DNA from: Snodgrassella sp.
GTDB taxonomy: Bacteria > Pseudomonadota > Gammaproteobacteria > Burkholderiales > Neisseriaceae
Direction of reading: 5' to 3'
DNA: 64,000 bases
Assembly: GCA_024103515.1 (NCBI GenBank)
Contig: JAGGIK010000004.1
Span: 2,769-66,768, forward strand
Part shown: positions 54,162 through 64,000 of the stretch, piece after piece
How the letters are laid out: every line of letters starts with the position of its first letter
Position numbering within the stretch: position 1 is the stretch's first letter
Notes under the pieces: model-generated
Told to the model about the DNA's origin: nothing
What the model saw: only the letters and a program-made list of their open reading frames with translations
Database searches by the model: none
Translations under genes and position numbers: made by a program

Positions 54162-55238
54162 CTAATTTTTATTGAGAACGCAGCTTTCTATCTCTTTGAC
54201 CACTTTGTCTACACTATCTGGCTGAGCCAATGCTCGTGCTTGAATAGCCATCTGTAAACACTGCTCACGTGATAAGTCTGCCAGTAAAGAATGTAATAAA
54301 TTTGCCGTTAGTCTCGATTGAGGTAATAAAACCGCAGCGCCATTTTTTACCATAAATTGTGCATTAGCTGTCTGATGATCATCGACAGCGTGTGGATATG
54401 GCACTAAAAAAGCGCCTGCACCAGCAGCGGTCAATTCCGCGATAGTAAGCGCACCCGCACGACAAATGACAAGATCAGCCTGACGATAAGCTGAAGGTAT
54501 GTCGGTTATGAATTCTATACAGCAAGCTTCCACGCCTAGCTGCTGATAATTCTGCTGAAGATCTACCAATTTATTACGACCAGACTGATGTGTGATTTTC
54601 GGTCGTTGTTCTACAGGCAACAATGCGATGGCTTGAGGCACAATCTGATTGAGGGCATCAGCACCTAGACTACCCCCTACTACTAAAATACTCAGCACAC
54701 CTTGCCTGTCACTAAAGCGCTGTTGCGGCGTCGGCAAATTAGCAATGTCTGCTCGTACTGGGTTACCAACCAATCCGTTCTTATTGGTAAACACATTTGG
54801 AAAAGCATACAATACAATATTGGCAAATTTAGCTAATACTTTATTAGATAAACCAGCAATAGCATTCTGCTCATGCACAATCAATGGTAAACCACTTGCT
54901 TTGGCGGCTATACCACCAGGAAAAGTTACAAAACCCCCAAAACCAATTACTGCATCAATACCGTGTTTTTTTATAATTTTACGAGCAGCTATAATGGTTT
55001 TTATCAATGTAAATGGCAATAATAGTTTTCGCTTTAGTCCATTTCCACGAATGCCCTTTATTGCCAGCGTTTCCAACCGAATATTATATTGAGGTACTAA
55101 TCGCGCTTCCATCGCCCCTTCACTGCCGAGCCATATAATACGATGACCATGTTGTTGTAATGCCTCAGCTACTGCCAATGCAGGGAAAATATGTCCGCCC
55201 GTGCCTCCAGCCATAAGCATAAAGGTTTTAGTACTCAT
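54162..55238 (-). CDS. murG: Lipid II GlcNAc transferase
   Basis: GGTGGHIFP, HEQN, GNPVR, GGSLGA and CRAGALT motifs. Confidence 0.97.
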   Translation of the reverse strand: MSTKTFMLMAGGTGGHIFPALAVAEALQQHGHRIIWLGSEGAMEARLVPQYNIRLETLAIKGIRGNGLKRKLLLPFTLIKTIIAARKIIKKHGIDAVIGFGGFVTFPGGIAAKASGLPLIVHEQNAIAGLSNKVLAKFANIVLYAFPNVFTNKNGLVGNPVRADIANLPTPQQRFSDRQGVLSILVVGGSLGADALNQIVPQAIALLPVEQRPKITHQSGRNKLVDLQQNYQQLGVEACCIEFITDIPSAYRQADLVICRAGALTIAELTAAGAGAFLVPYPHAVDDHQTANAQFMVKNGAAVLLPQSRLTANLLHSLLADLSREQCLQMAIQARALAQPDSVDKVVKEIESCVLNKN

Positions 55239-55272
55239 TATCTTTTCCGCTTTTAATCTGCATGTGATTTAT

Positions 55273-56427
55273 TCACACTTTAAAACCACGCATGACACGA
55301 CGATTTTCATAATCCACGCGTAACAATAACGCTACGCAGATTAAGACAATAATGATCGCCGAACCACCATATGATAGCAAGGGCAATGTTAATCCCTTAG
55401 TTGGTAATAAACCGATATTTACACCAATATTAAAAAAACTCTGGACACCAATCCAGATACCAATACCTTTAGCCACAAAAGAGCTATAAAACAATTCTAG
55501 ATCCCGAGCTTGCTTACCAATCGAAAAAGCGCGAACCATCAGCCAGATATAGCAAAACATCAGCACAAGAATGCCAATGAAGCCAAACTCTTCACCAATT
55601 ACAGCAAGAATAAAATCCGTATGCGCTTCTGGCAGATAGAAACGTTTCTCCAGACTAGCACCTAACCCAACGCCAAACCAACCACCGCGGCCGATCGCCA
55701 TTAATGAATGCGTTAGCTGATAACCCTTACCTAATGGATCAGCCCAAGGATCAAGAAAACCAGTTACCCGTGCCAAACGATAAGGTTCAAATAACACCAA
55801 CACGATCATAGCAACCAGACCAAAACCAACTACGGCCAGAAACCATCGAAAAGGCAGACCAGCCAAAAATAACAATCCTATAGATATAACGGACACAACC
55901 ACAAACGAACCAAAATCCGGTTCCAACATGATTAGTCCTAATCCCAGTCCAATTGGAATGCCAGCAAACCAAACTTTCTTGAATTCTTTCAATATTTCTG
56001 CTCGACGAGTAAAAAAACTAGATAGATATAAGATTATCGCCAGCTTAAATATTTCTGTTGGCTGCACATTAAAAATACCTAGATTTATCCATCGTTTAGC
56101 ACCATTAATTTCACGCCCCATCGCCAGCACCACAACCAGCATTACCAGACTGAACAACAATATTAATGGCGTGAGCATCTTCCAAGTACGTAAAGGTATA
56201 CGCACTGCAATTAGACCTAACAATCCTCCGCAGGTCAGGAACGCGGCCTGACGGATTAAATAAAAATATTTACTTCCACCATCATGCGAAGCGTAAGCAA
56301 TCGAAGCTGAGTACACCATGATCAGACTGAAGCTGGTCATTAATACCACCATCCATAGCAATGATTGATCGAAAGTGGCACCACGACGTAACAACTTACG
56401 GTCTAATAAGCGTGACTCTGTGATCAT
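55273..56427 (-). CDS. ftsW: SEDS peptidoglycan polymerase FtsW
   Basis: NGAKRWI, QPTE, EPDFGS, LPEAHTDFI and PTKGLTLPLLSYGGS motifs. Confidence 0.96.
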   Translation of the reverse strand: MITESRLLDRKLLRRGATFDQSLLWMVVLMTSFSLIMVYSASIAYASHDGGSKYFYLIRQAAFLTCGGLLGLIAVRIPLRTWKMLTPLILLFSLVMLVVVLAMGREINGAKRWINLGIFNVQPTEIFKLAIILYLSSFFTRRAEILKEFKKVWFAGIPIGLGLGLIMLEPDFGSFVVVSVISIGLLFLAGLPFRWFLAVVGFGLVAMIVLVLFEPYRLARVTGFLDPWADPLGKGYQLTHSLMAIGRGGWFGVGLGASLEKRFYLPEAHTDFILAVIGEEFGFIGILVLMFCYIWLMVRAFSIGKQARDLELFYSSFVAKGIGIWIGVQSFFNIGVNIGLLPTKGLTLPLLSYGGSAIIIVLICVALLLRVDYENRRVMRGFKV

Positions 56428-56430
56428 CTT

Positions 56431-57771
56431 TTACTCCTGCAACTGACGCACGCTATGAATAAATACTTCACTACGATGGGCATAACCCTTAAACATGTCA
56501 TAGCTGGCACAAGCTGGACTCAGCAGTACAATATCACCACTTTGTGCCAACGCAAAAGCCCGTTCAGTGGCCTGAGGTAAATCAGTACAATATTCTACCG
56601 GATAAGCTGTGTCCTGCAGAACCTGACCCAACTGTTTACCATCTATCCCAATTAGTAACACTGCCCGAGCTTTATTTTGCAAGGCAGAGTAAAGAGGTGT
56701 GAAATCTTGGCCCTTCCCCTGCCCACCGGCAATCAATACAATTGGACGATCAAAACCAGTTAGTGCTGCACATGTGGCACCAACATTTGTGCCTTTAGAG
56801 TCATCAATAAAAGTCACGCCCCTGATCTCAGCCACTTTTTCTACCCGATGCGGTAGACCTTTAAAATCGCAAACATATTGAATGAGTTTAGATATAGGTA
56901 AGCCAATTGCTTCACATAAAGCCAGTGCTGCCAGAGCATTGGCTGCATTGTGGTTACCTTGTAGAGATAATTCGCCTTGGTCAAGAAGTGCTTCATCATT
57001 CTTAGACAACATGCCCGCATTTAACCAGAAGTCAACTGACTGTTGTAAAGAAAACCATTTTATGGGTCGATTATGTCGAGCCATAGCACGACAGAAAACA
57101 TCATCATAGTTTAATACCTGCACAGTATTCCCGCAGAAAATGTTATCTTTAGCATGTGCATAATCCAGTAAATCATTGTAACGATCCAAATGATCTTCAG
57201 AAATATTCAATACTGTTGCCGCCGTAGCATTCAGACAAGGCGTTGTTTCCAATTGAAAACTGGAAAGCTCCAACACCCACACATCGGCAGGTTTACCAGA
57301 TCGAGCCATATACGCTTCTAACACTGGTGTGCCAATATTCCCAGCACACACCGTATCCAAACCGCTGCGCTGACATAAATATGCAACCAAACTAGTTGTA
57401 GTCGTTTTGCCGTTAGAACCAGTAATGGCAATAATTTTACTGTTAGTGTCTGCCAGTAAATCCGCCAAAATGGCAATATCGCCCATTATCATCCCACCAG
57501 CCTGTTTAAAAGCAATGACTTCAGGCTGCTGCGGACTCACTCCCGGACTTAAGGCCAGTATGTCATAGTCAAAAAAATCAGGTATAGAACTTAAACTATT
57601 GGTATATAAAGGTATCTGAAAACGCATAGTTAACTGTTGCCGGGTATCTTCTATTAACTTCGCATCATATCCAGCCACATTAGCACCAGCCTGAGTCAGA
57701 AATTCCAACATGGATATGCCAGTGCACCCCATACCTAAAACCAAAACTTTTTTACTATGCCAGTCAATCAT
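56431..57771 (-). CDS. murD: UDP-N-acetylmuramoyl-L-alanine--D-glutamate ligase
   Basis: ITGSNGKTTT, ELSSFQLE, DHLDRY, DDSKGTN and LSPACAS motifs. Confidence 0.97.
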   Translation of the reverse strand: MIDWHSKKVLVLGMGCTGISMLEFLTQAGANVAGYDAKLIEDTRQQLTMRFQIPLYTNSLSSIPDFFDYDILALSPGVSPQQPEVIAFKQAGGMIMGDIAILADLLADTNSKIIAITGSNGKTTTTSLVAYLCQRSGLDTVCAGNIGTPVLEAYMARSGKPADVWVLELSSFQLETTPCLNATAATVLNISEDHLDRYNDLLDYAHAKDNIFCGNTVQVLNYDDVFCRAMARHNRPIKWFSLQQSVDFWLNAGMLSKNDEALLDQGELSLQGNHNAANALAALALCEAIGLPISKLIQYVCDFKGLPHRVEKVAEIRGVTFIDDSKGTNVGATCAALTGFDRPIVLIAGGQGKGQDFTPLYSALQNKARAVLLIGIDGKQLGQVLQDTAYPVEYCTDLPQATERAFALAQSGDIVLLSPACASYDMFKGYAHRSEVFIHSVRQLQE

Positions 57772-57821
57772 GGCTCTGTCCTACAAAATTATCTAACCTC
57801 AATTATAAAAGTCAGTGTCTA

Positions 57822-58907
57822 TCAACGAATTTTTAACGAAGATAATCCCACTAATACCAGAATCATCGTAATAATCCAGAAACGCACCACAACTTGTGTT
57901 TCCTTCCAGCCTTTTTGCTCAAAATGGTGATGGATCGGCGCCATCAGAAAAATGCGTTTTCTTCTTAATTTATAAGAACCAACCTGCAACATCACTGAGA
58001 GCGCTTCCACAACGAACAAACCTCCCATAATCACTAACACAATTTCTTGACGCACAATAACCGCTACTGTACCGAGTGCCGCACCCAAAGCCAAAGCACC
58101 AACATCACCCATAAATACCTGTGCAGGATAGGCGTTAAACCACAGAAATCCTAGACACGAACCGCAAATTGCTGCACAGAAAATAACCACTTCATTGGCA
58201 CCGGGCACATGTGGCAGTTGTAAATAATGAGCAAATTCAGCATGGCCACTAACATAGGCAAAAATAGCTAAACCAGCTGCCACCAGAACCACAGGGAAAG
58301 CAGCCAGACCATCTAGTCCATCTGTAAGATTGACTGCATTGGAAGTGCCCACAATAACAAAATAAGTCAGAATCACAAAACCGATTCCGCCCAATGGATA
58401 AGCAATTTCTTTGAAGAAAGGAACGATAAATGCCGTAGCTGAACTCAAATGGGCAGCATAAAACAACACGACACCTGCCACCAAGGCAACAACAGACTGC
58501 CACAGCATTTTAAATTTGGCGGAAACACCGTTAGGATCTCTATAAACAACTTTTTTCCAGTCATCATAAAACCCGAGTGCACCCGTACTTAACATCACAA
58601 ACAATAGAACCCAGATATAAGGATTAGCCAAGTTGGCCCACAACAACGTGTTTACCGCAATGGTCAGCAAAATCAAGGTCCCACCCATAGTAGGCGTACC
58701 GGACTTGACCAGATGGGTTTGCGGTCCATCATCGCGAACTGCCTGCCCTACTTTCAGCTCAGTCAGCTTTCTGATCATCCACGGTCCAAACATCAGACTT
58801 AAGCCCAGTGACGTGAGCGCCGCCATAAGTGCACGAAATGTCGTATATTGAAATAAATGAAAACCATTTACCCAGTAATGGAAAAGTTCTGCTATCCACA
58901 ACAACAT
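57822..58907 (-). CDS. mraY: Phospho-N-acetylmuramoyl-pentapeptide transferase
   Basis: [26 protein letters not shown] and MAPIHHHFE motifs. Confidence 0.97.
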   Translation of the reverse strand: MLLWIAELFHYWVNGFHLFQYTTFRALMAALTSLGLSLMFGPWMIRKLTELKVGQAVRDDGPQTHLVKSGTPTMGGTLILLTIAVNTLLWANLANPYIWVLLFVMLSTGALGFYDDWKKVVYRDPNGVSAKFKMLWQSVVALVAGVVLFYAAHLSSATAFIVPFFKEIAYPLGGIGFVILTYFVIVGTSNAVNLTDGLDGLAAFPVVLVAAGLAIFAYVSGHAEFAHYLQLPHVPGANEVVIFCAAICGSCLGFLWFNAYPAQVFMGDVGALALGAALGTVAVIVRQEIVLVIMGGLFVVEALSVMLQVGSYKLRRKRIFLMAPIHHHFEQKGWKETQVVVRFWIITMILVLVGLSSLKIR

Positions 58908-59053
58908 GGCTGTATTCCTTGTCACAGCTCATGCCGTAACGGTTAATAAAATTTAATAATATCTCTGTAACAAATATCCTTGTTCCAGAGAAAATGAATT
59001 GAATAAAACGTTCTATATTTGGACTTCAAAAAAATCTAACGATAGAAAACAAA

Positions 59054-60436
59054 CTATTTCTCAACAAGTGCTGATACCACATCTTCCATCTGCATAAAAC
59101 GTGAACCTTTTACCAAAATGGTAGTCATTTGCTGATCCCAACTACGCAAGTCTGTAATCAAATCAGCTTTGTGCTCATAAAATGCATCCATTGCACCATA
59201 GGCTTCAGCCGCATATCTGGCCTCATTGCCAATAAAAAAAGCAGCTTCAATTCCTTGATCTCTTATATAAGATCCTACTTCAGCATGCAATGCCGGTGCA
59301 TTATCACCCAACTCACCAATAGCTCCCATCACAATCACTCGCGGAGCCGGAAAAGAGGAAAGCACATCAATTGCGGCTTTAAATGCATCAGGATTGGCAT
59401 TATAAGTATCGTCAATGATTAATGCACCCTGCAAACTGTGCTTTTGCTGTAAGCGACCTTGGACGTTAACAAAATTCCTCAACGCCTTCAGCGCAGTTAA
59501 CGGTAAACCAGCACTTAGAGCCATTGCGCTGGCGGCAACTGCATTATGCACCATATGCAAACCCAGTACCGGTAGCTCCAATGCAATGACACCGTGAAAA
59601 CTATACAGATCGAAACCGATGTTCTGAGAACCTAGCACAATGTTCTCAGCATGCACATCGCCCTTATCGATGCCAAAAGTTATCGCGCGCTGATCCTTTA
59701 GCGCCATTGCATAAAGATTTACCTGCGCATCATCAGCCGGTATAAATCCGATACCTTGGTCACTTAAACCCTGATAAATTTCACTTTTTGCACGTGCAAT
59801 ATCAGCTACATCATCAAAACCACATCCAATATGAGCACGTAAAGCATTATTAACTAAAGCAAAATCGGGATTGGTGATTTTGGTTAAATAACTTAGCTCA
59901 CCAACATGATTCATGCCCATTTCAATTACTGCATAGCGATGGCGTGTAGTCAATTGCAACAAAGTCAGAGGCAAGCCAATGTGATTATTAAAATTACCGA
60001 CAGTAGCCAGTACTGCCTGATCGCCTACGTAAGAACGCAGAATAGTGGCCAGCATTTCTTTAACTGTGGTTTTACCGGCAGAGCCTGTAATACCAAACAC
60101 CTGCAATTTAGGATTAACCGCCATTCTCCACGCATGCGCCAACTGTCCCAGTGCTTTTACTGTGTCTTCAACCAGTAGACAGCGATCCTGCCCAATAAAA
60201 TCTGCTCGACTGACAATACATAATAAAGCTCCTTTAGCCAGAGCATCTTTAACAAAATTATGCCCATCGAAATTCTCGCCTTTGATGGCTACAAATACAT
60301 CACCTGCCTGTAGCGTGCGACTATCAATCACCACTCGGCTCACAGCTGCATTGACAACAGACGGTAACCGGCCAAAAGTCTGATAAATAAAATTTAAATC
60401 AAGTATTAGCATCATTTCTATTTTTATAACCGACAT
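59054..60436 (-). CDS. murF: UDP-N-acetylmuramoyl-tripeptide--D-Ala-D-Ala ligase
   Basis: ITGSAGKTTVK, NFNNHIGLP, EMGMNH, DDTYNANP and LVKGSR motifs; start may be about 60415. Confidence 0.96.
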   Translation of the reverse strand: MSVIKIEMMLILDLNFIYQTFGRLPSVVNAAVSRVVIDSRTLQAGDVFVAIKGENFDGHNFVKDALAKGALLCIVSRADFIGQDRCLLVEDTVKALGQLAHAWRMAVNPKLQVFGITGSAGKTTVKEMLATILRSYVGDQAVLATVGNFNNHIGLPLTLLQLTTRHRYAVIEMGMNHVGELSYLTKITNPDFALVNNALRAHIGCGFDDVADIARAKSEIYQGLSDQGIGFIPADDAQVNLYAMALKDQRAITFGIDKGDVHAENIVLGSQNIGFDLYSFHGVIALELPVLGLHMVHNAVAASAMALSAGLPLTALKALRNFVNVQGRLQQKHSLQGALIIDDTYNANPDAFKAAIDVLSSFPAPRVIVMGAIGELGDNAPALHAEVGSYIRDQGIEAAFFIGNEARYAAEAYGAMDAFYEHKADLITDLRSWDQQMTTILVKGSRFMQMEDVVSALVEK

Positions 60437-61914
60437 TAAACACGCTGCGCTAAGGCACTCTGAGCCACCTCAAAATCAGAAAAATGGTGTTTGACACCAT
60501 TTATCTCCTGGTAGGTTTCATGACCTTTACCAGCAATTAAAATAATATCGTCTAGTGCAGCATGCTTTACTGCATAATGAATAGCAGCAAACCGGTCTGA
60601 TTCCACCAGTGCTGCATTTAGCACAGCAGGCAATATATCATTAATAATCTTTTGTGGGTCTTCAGTCCTAGGATTATCACTGGTGACAACCACACAATCG
60701 GCTCCTGCTACTGCCGCTGCCCCCATCAAAGGGCGCTTACCAGCATCACGATCTCCGCCACAACCAAAAATACACCACAACCGAGCGTGACTTGGTTTGA
60801 GTTCCTGCAAGGTAGCCAGTGCTTTTTCTAGCGCATCCGGCGTATGGGCATAGTCTACTACCACAAGAGGCTGATTGTTTTCGCTTAGGCAATCCATACG
60901 ACCTGGAGCCGGCTTTATCTCCGGCCAAACAGACACAACATCCTTAAATGCAAAACCATTGACACATAAAATGCCTACGCAGGCAGCCAAATTTTGTGCA
61001 TTAAAACGCCCAAGCAAACGGGTATACACATCAGCCTTCCCCCATGGCGTAGTCAAATGTAACTGCATCTGGCTGGAGTTGACTTTAAAATGATCAATAT
61101 GGATGTCAGCTTCGGAATGAAAACCATAGGAATAAACTGCCAATTGCGGGCAGTTGCGGCGCAGATTCTGATTAAGCTGTGCACCAAAATTATCATCTAT
61201 ATTTATAATTGCATGACGCAAACCCTGCCAGTAAAACAGCGATTCCTTACAGCTACCGTAAGCATCAATATTAAGATGATAATCAAGGTGATCACGGGTT
61301 AGATTAGTAAACACCGCACTGGTGAATGGAATACCAACCACACGACTCTGATCCAATCCATGACTGGAAACTTCCATAGCTACCGCTTTGGCACCTTCAT
61401 CGGCAAAACGCTTAAACCATGTTTGATTGGAAACCGCATCCATAGTAGTATTGCTACTGCTGTGCAGCTGCTGCCAGTAACCATTACCTACCGTTCCCAT
61501 AACAGCGCATTTTCTTCCCAGTCTTTCAGTTGCCTGAGCTAGCCACTGTGATATAGAAGTCTTGCCGTTAGTACCAGTTATCCCCCAGATAGTTAATTCT
61601 TTACACGGATAATCATAACAGGCAGCCGCCACCAGACCAGCACGTTGCCTCAGATTGGACACACCGGCATTAGGAACATTCCAGTTATCTAACCAACTGA
61701 ACTTACCGTCATCATCCCAGAAAACAAACGCTGCACCATTATCTATTGCAGCCTGAATATAATCACGACCATCTACATATTCACCCTGACAAGCAACAAA
61801 AACATCACCGGGTTGGATTTGCCGACTGTCAACTCGTAATGTTTTGCCTGCAATTAATGCATGCTCTTGCACACTAATTGAATATTCAGACAAGAATTTT
61901 TTCAACGAAAACAT
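60436..61914 (-). CDS. murE: UDP-MurNAc-dipeptide--meso-DAP ligase
   Basis: GITGTNGKTS, MEVSSHGL, DYAHTPD, DNPR (DAP specificity) and AGKGHE motifs. Confidence 0.97.
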   Translation of the reverse strand: MFSLKKFLSEYSISVQEHALIAGKTLRVDSRQIQPGDVFVACQGEYVDGRDYIQAAIDNGAAFVFWDDDGKFSWLDNWNVPNAGVSNLRQRAGLVAAACYDYPCKELTIWGITGTNGKTSISQWLAQATERLGRKCAVMGTVGNGYWQQLHSSSNTTMDAVSNQTWFKRFADEGAKAVAMEVSSHGLDQSRVVGIPFTSAVFTNLTRDHLDYHLNIDAYGSCKESLFYWQGLRHAIINIDDNFGAQLNQNLRRNCPQLAVYSYGFHSEADIHIDHFKVNSSQMQLHLTTPWGKADVYTRLLGRFNAQNLAACVGILCVNGFAFKDVVSVWPEIKPAPGRMDCLSENNQPLVVVDYAHTPDALEKALATLQELKPSHARLWCIFGCGGDRDAGKRPLMGAAAVAGADCVVVTSDNPRTEDPQKIINDILPAVLNAALVESDRFAAIHYAVKHAALDDIILIAGKGHETYQEINGVKHHFSDFEVAQSALAQRV

Positions 61915-61988
61915 AGTTTGATCATTTCAACAAATTTGTAGCGCAATATAAAACAGACAACCTGCATTAAATACAGGTTGCTGTTGAA

Positions 61989-63731
61989 TTAATTTGTGGC
62001 TAATCGGTGCTTATCTTTAATCGGTTTAGTAGGCGCAATTCCCAGCACATTTAAAGTACCAGACATTACATCATGAAATACCGGACCAGATACAGAACCA
62101 CCATAATACCCATTAACCGTCGGATTCTGAATATTTACAGCCACAATTATTCGTGGATTATCCGCAGGAGCAAACCCGATAAAGGTTGCCATATGTTTAG
62201 TAGCCGAATACTGACCATTAACCAACATTCGTGCCGTACCTGTTTTAGCAGCAACATCATAACCATCAATGGCTCCCTGTGAGCCGGTACCGCCAGGTTG
62301 CGTAACTGCTATCATCATGCGCCGAACAACTCGAGCTGTTTCCGGTTTAATAATCTGCTCACCCTGTGGTCTGGTTTTTAGCTTCTGGAAGCTGACCGGC
62401 AACAGCATGCCATCATTGGTGAATATCGTATAGGCTCGAGCCAACTGTAACAAGCTCATTTGAATTCCATAACCAAAAGACATGGTAGCCTGCTCAATAG
62501 GTCGCCACTTATGCCAGTCACGCACCAACCCAGATGTTTCTCCTGGAAAACCGGAATTCATACGTCGTCCGAAGCCGATAGAAGTATACAGGTTATACAT
62601 TTCTTCTGGCGTAAACATCGCAGAAATTTTACTTGTTCCTACATTGGATGACTTTTGAATAATACCGCGCACATCTAAATGCGGATAATTGTGCGTATCT
62701 CGCACTGTAGCCGGACCAATATTATAAGGCATAGTATTAAAACTACTGGTGGGGCGGATTTTGCCACTATCCAGACCTTTAGCAATCGCAAAGGGTTTCA
62801 TAGCACTGCCCGGTTCAATCATATCAGTCACAGCCCGATTACGTCGTGCATCACTGTTGGATGCCCCTGGATTATTTGAATCGTAGCCGGGTGAGTTAAC
62901 CAGTGCTAAAATCTCTCCGGTTTTACCATCTAAAACCACTACTGAACCAGCAGCAGCTTGATGATAATGCATTGCTTTTTGCAATGAATCATAAGCGATA
63001 GACTGAATACGCTGATCTAGGGACAACACCAAATCAGTACCATTCTGCGGTGGATGATTTCGTGGTGAATCTAAACTATCAACAATATTGCCTTTATTAT
63101 CGCGCAGTACTACTTTAGCACCGTCAACACCATGCAAAATCTTTTCATTGGATAGTTCTAATCCTTCCTGTCCTTTGCCATCAATGTTGGTAAAACCGAT
63201 AATATGAGAAAAAATCAGTCCCATAGGATAATGGCGTTTACTCTCCTGCTGAAATGCTAGACCTTTAATATTCAATGCTGCCACCTTTTCAGCTTTTTCA
63301 AGAGGTAATTGTCTTTTTAAATAAACAAAATCCTTATTACGGCTTAGACGTTGCTGAATAACCTCCACTGGGACATCAATCAATTCTGACAACTGTATCA
63401 GCTGTGCTTCACTGGGCATAGCTGTCATGGCGGATGGAACCGCATACAAAGAATCGGCTGGAGCACTGATAGCCAGTGCGGCACCAGTACGATCAGTAAT
63501 CATGCCACGGGAAGCAGTCAGAGAAATAGTGCGTACAAAGCGCTGGTTCCCCTGCTCTTTCAGGAAATCGTGTTTTTCTGTCTGCAAATATACGCCTCGC
63601 CCAACCAGCATTGCAAAAGCCAGTGCAATACTGCTGAGCACTAAAATAATCCGGCCGTTAGTCGTAACAGGCTTTACCTGCTTGACTTCACTAGGTACCA
63701 TGCGTGGCTTGTAATCATTCTTAATCAACAT
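61989..63731 (-). CDS. ftsI: Class B penicillin-binding protein FtsI (PenA/PBP2 of Neisseriaceae)
   Basis: SAMK (SxxK), SSN and KTG motifs; RGMITDRTG; N-terminal TM helix. Confidence 0.96.
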   Translation of the reverse strand: MLIKNDYKPRMVPSEVKQVKPVTTNGRIILVLSSIALAFAMLVGRGVYLQTEKHDFLKEQGNQRFVRTISLTASRGMITDRTGAALAISAPADSLYAVPSAMTAMPSEAQLIQLSELIDVPVEVIQQRLSRNKDFVYLKRQLPLEKAEKVAALNIKGLAFQQESKRHYPMGLIFSHIIGFTNIDGKGQEGLELSNEKILHGVDGAKVVLRDNKGNIVDSLDSPRNHPPQNGTDLVLSLDQRIQSIAYDSLQKAMHYHQAAAGSVVVLDGKTGEILALVNSPGYDSNNPGASNSDARRNRAVTDMIEPGSAMKPFAIAKGLDSGKIRPTSSFNTMPYNIGPATVRDTHNYPHLDVRGIIQKSSNVGTSKISAMFTPEEMYNLYTSIGFGRRMNSGFPGETSGLVRDWHKWRPIEQATMSFGYGIQMSLLQLARAYTIFTNDGMLLPVSFQKLKTRPQGEQIIKPETARVVRRMMIAVTQPGGTGSQGAIDGYDVAAKTGTARMLVNGQYSATKHMATFIGFAPADNPRIIVAVNIQNPTVNGYYGGSVSGPVFHDVMSGTLNVLGIAPTKPIKDKHRLATN

Positions 63732-63792
63732 AGTTATTCCACTAATGGAAACAGCTGTCGTAAACAGCCTTCCAATATTTTCAGCATACTCA

Positions 63793-64000
63793 TTACTTTT
63801 TCGGTTGCATTGACTTCAACATTTTCGTATCTGCTACAGTAGGCAGATGCATATTCTGAGCGGACGCGGCATCCTGAATTATCCGATGATTGGACAATTT
63901 AGCCTGAGCCAGTTTCAAACGGCTGAAATCCTCATTCAACAAATTTTCCCCTTTTTGAGCTTTATTCAATGCAATGAAAAACTGACGTGATTGATCCTGC
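63793..64000 (-). CDS. ftsL: Cell division protein FtsL (5' end outside window)
   Basis: Hand translation [16 protein letters not shown]...[29 protein letters not shown], a coiled coil directly upstream of ftsI. Confidence 0.85.
   Translation of the reverse strand, partial: QDQSRQFFIALNKAQKGENLLNEDFSRLKLAQAKLSNHRIIQDAASAQNMHLPTVADTKMLKSMQPKK

Noticed and set aside
61958-61980. Hairpin CAACCTG...CAGGTTG between ftsI and murE
   Set aside because: Short stem with a weak U tract; cannot tell a terminator from an mRNA-stability element or chance
1-64000. CRISPR array, tRNA/rRNA, prophage, toxin-antitoxin or defence system, Correia/dRS3 repeats
   Set aside because: No regularly spaced direct repeats, RNA-gene signatures or matching proteins were seen; the long gaps are mostly IS debris

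Overview
AT-rich (roughly 40% GC by eye) Neisseriaceae chromosome segment. Gene content, composition and the near-absence of DNA uptake sequences suggest a Snodgrassella-like organism (inference). Almost all of it is core genome: accBC-prmA-zinc-ribbon protein; yggX, an LbH acetyltransferase and ppk1; dut-coaBC; polyamine ABC genes potGHI; a kinase-like protein; divergent fnr/hemN; folB/plsY; rlmE-ftsH-folP-glmM-dedA; yhbY/greA; ssb; ltgB; lptD-surA-pdxA-mlaFEDCBA; amgK; parC-pilS-pilR-rsmJ; and the dcw cluster from ftsL to ftsZ. I saw no rRNA, tRNA, CRISPR array, prophage or defence island. Three of the four large ORF-poor gaps are decayed insertion sequences, read by hand translation: an IS481-family fossil containing a nested IS3-family fossil (3.85-5.17 kb), a second IS481 fossil (27.06-27.93 kb) and a second IS3 fossil (29.22-30.40 kb). 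The fourth gap (17.56-19.18 kb) is unexplained. I found no convincing new multi-gene system. The best candidates for undescribed biology are cis-regulatory or single-gene: a promoter plus intrinsic-terminator attenuator in the greA leader, a His-rich upstream ORF overlapping the start of the polyamine transporter ATPase, a probable pseudokinase, a tail-anchored zinc-ribbon protein, and a small acidic protein at the end of the mla operon.
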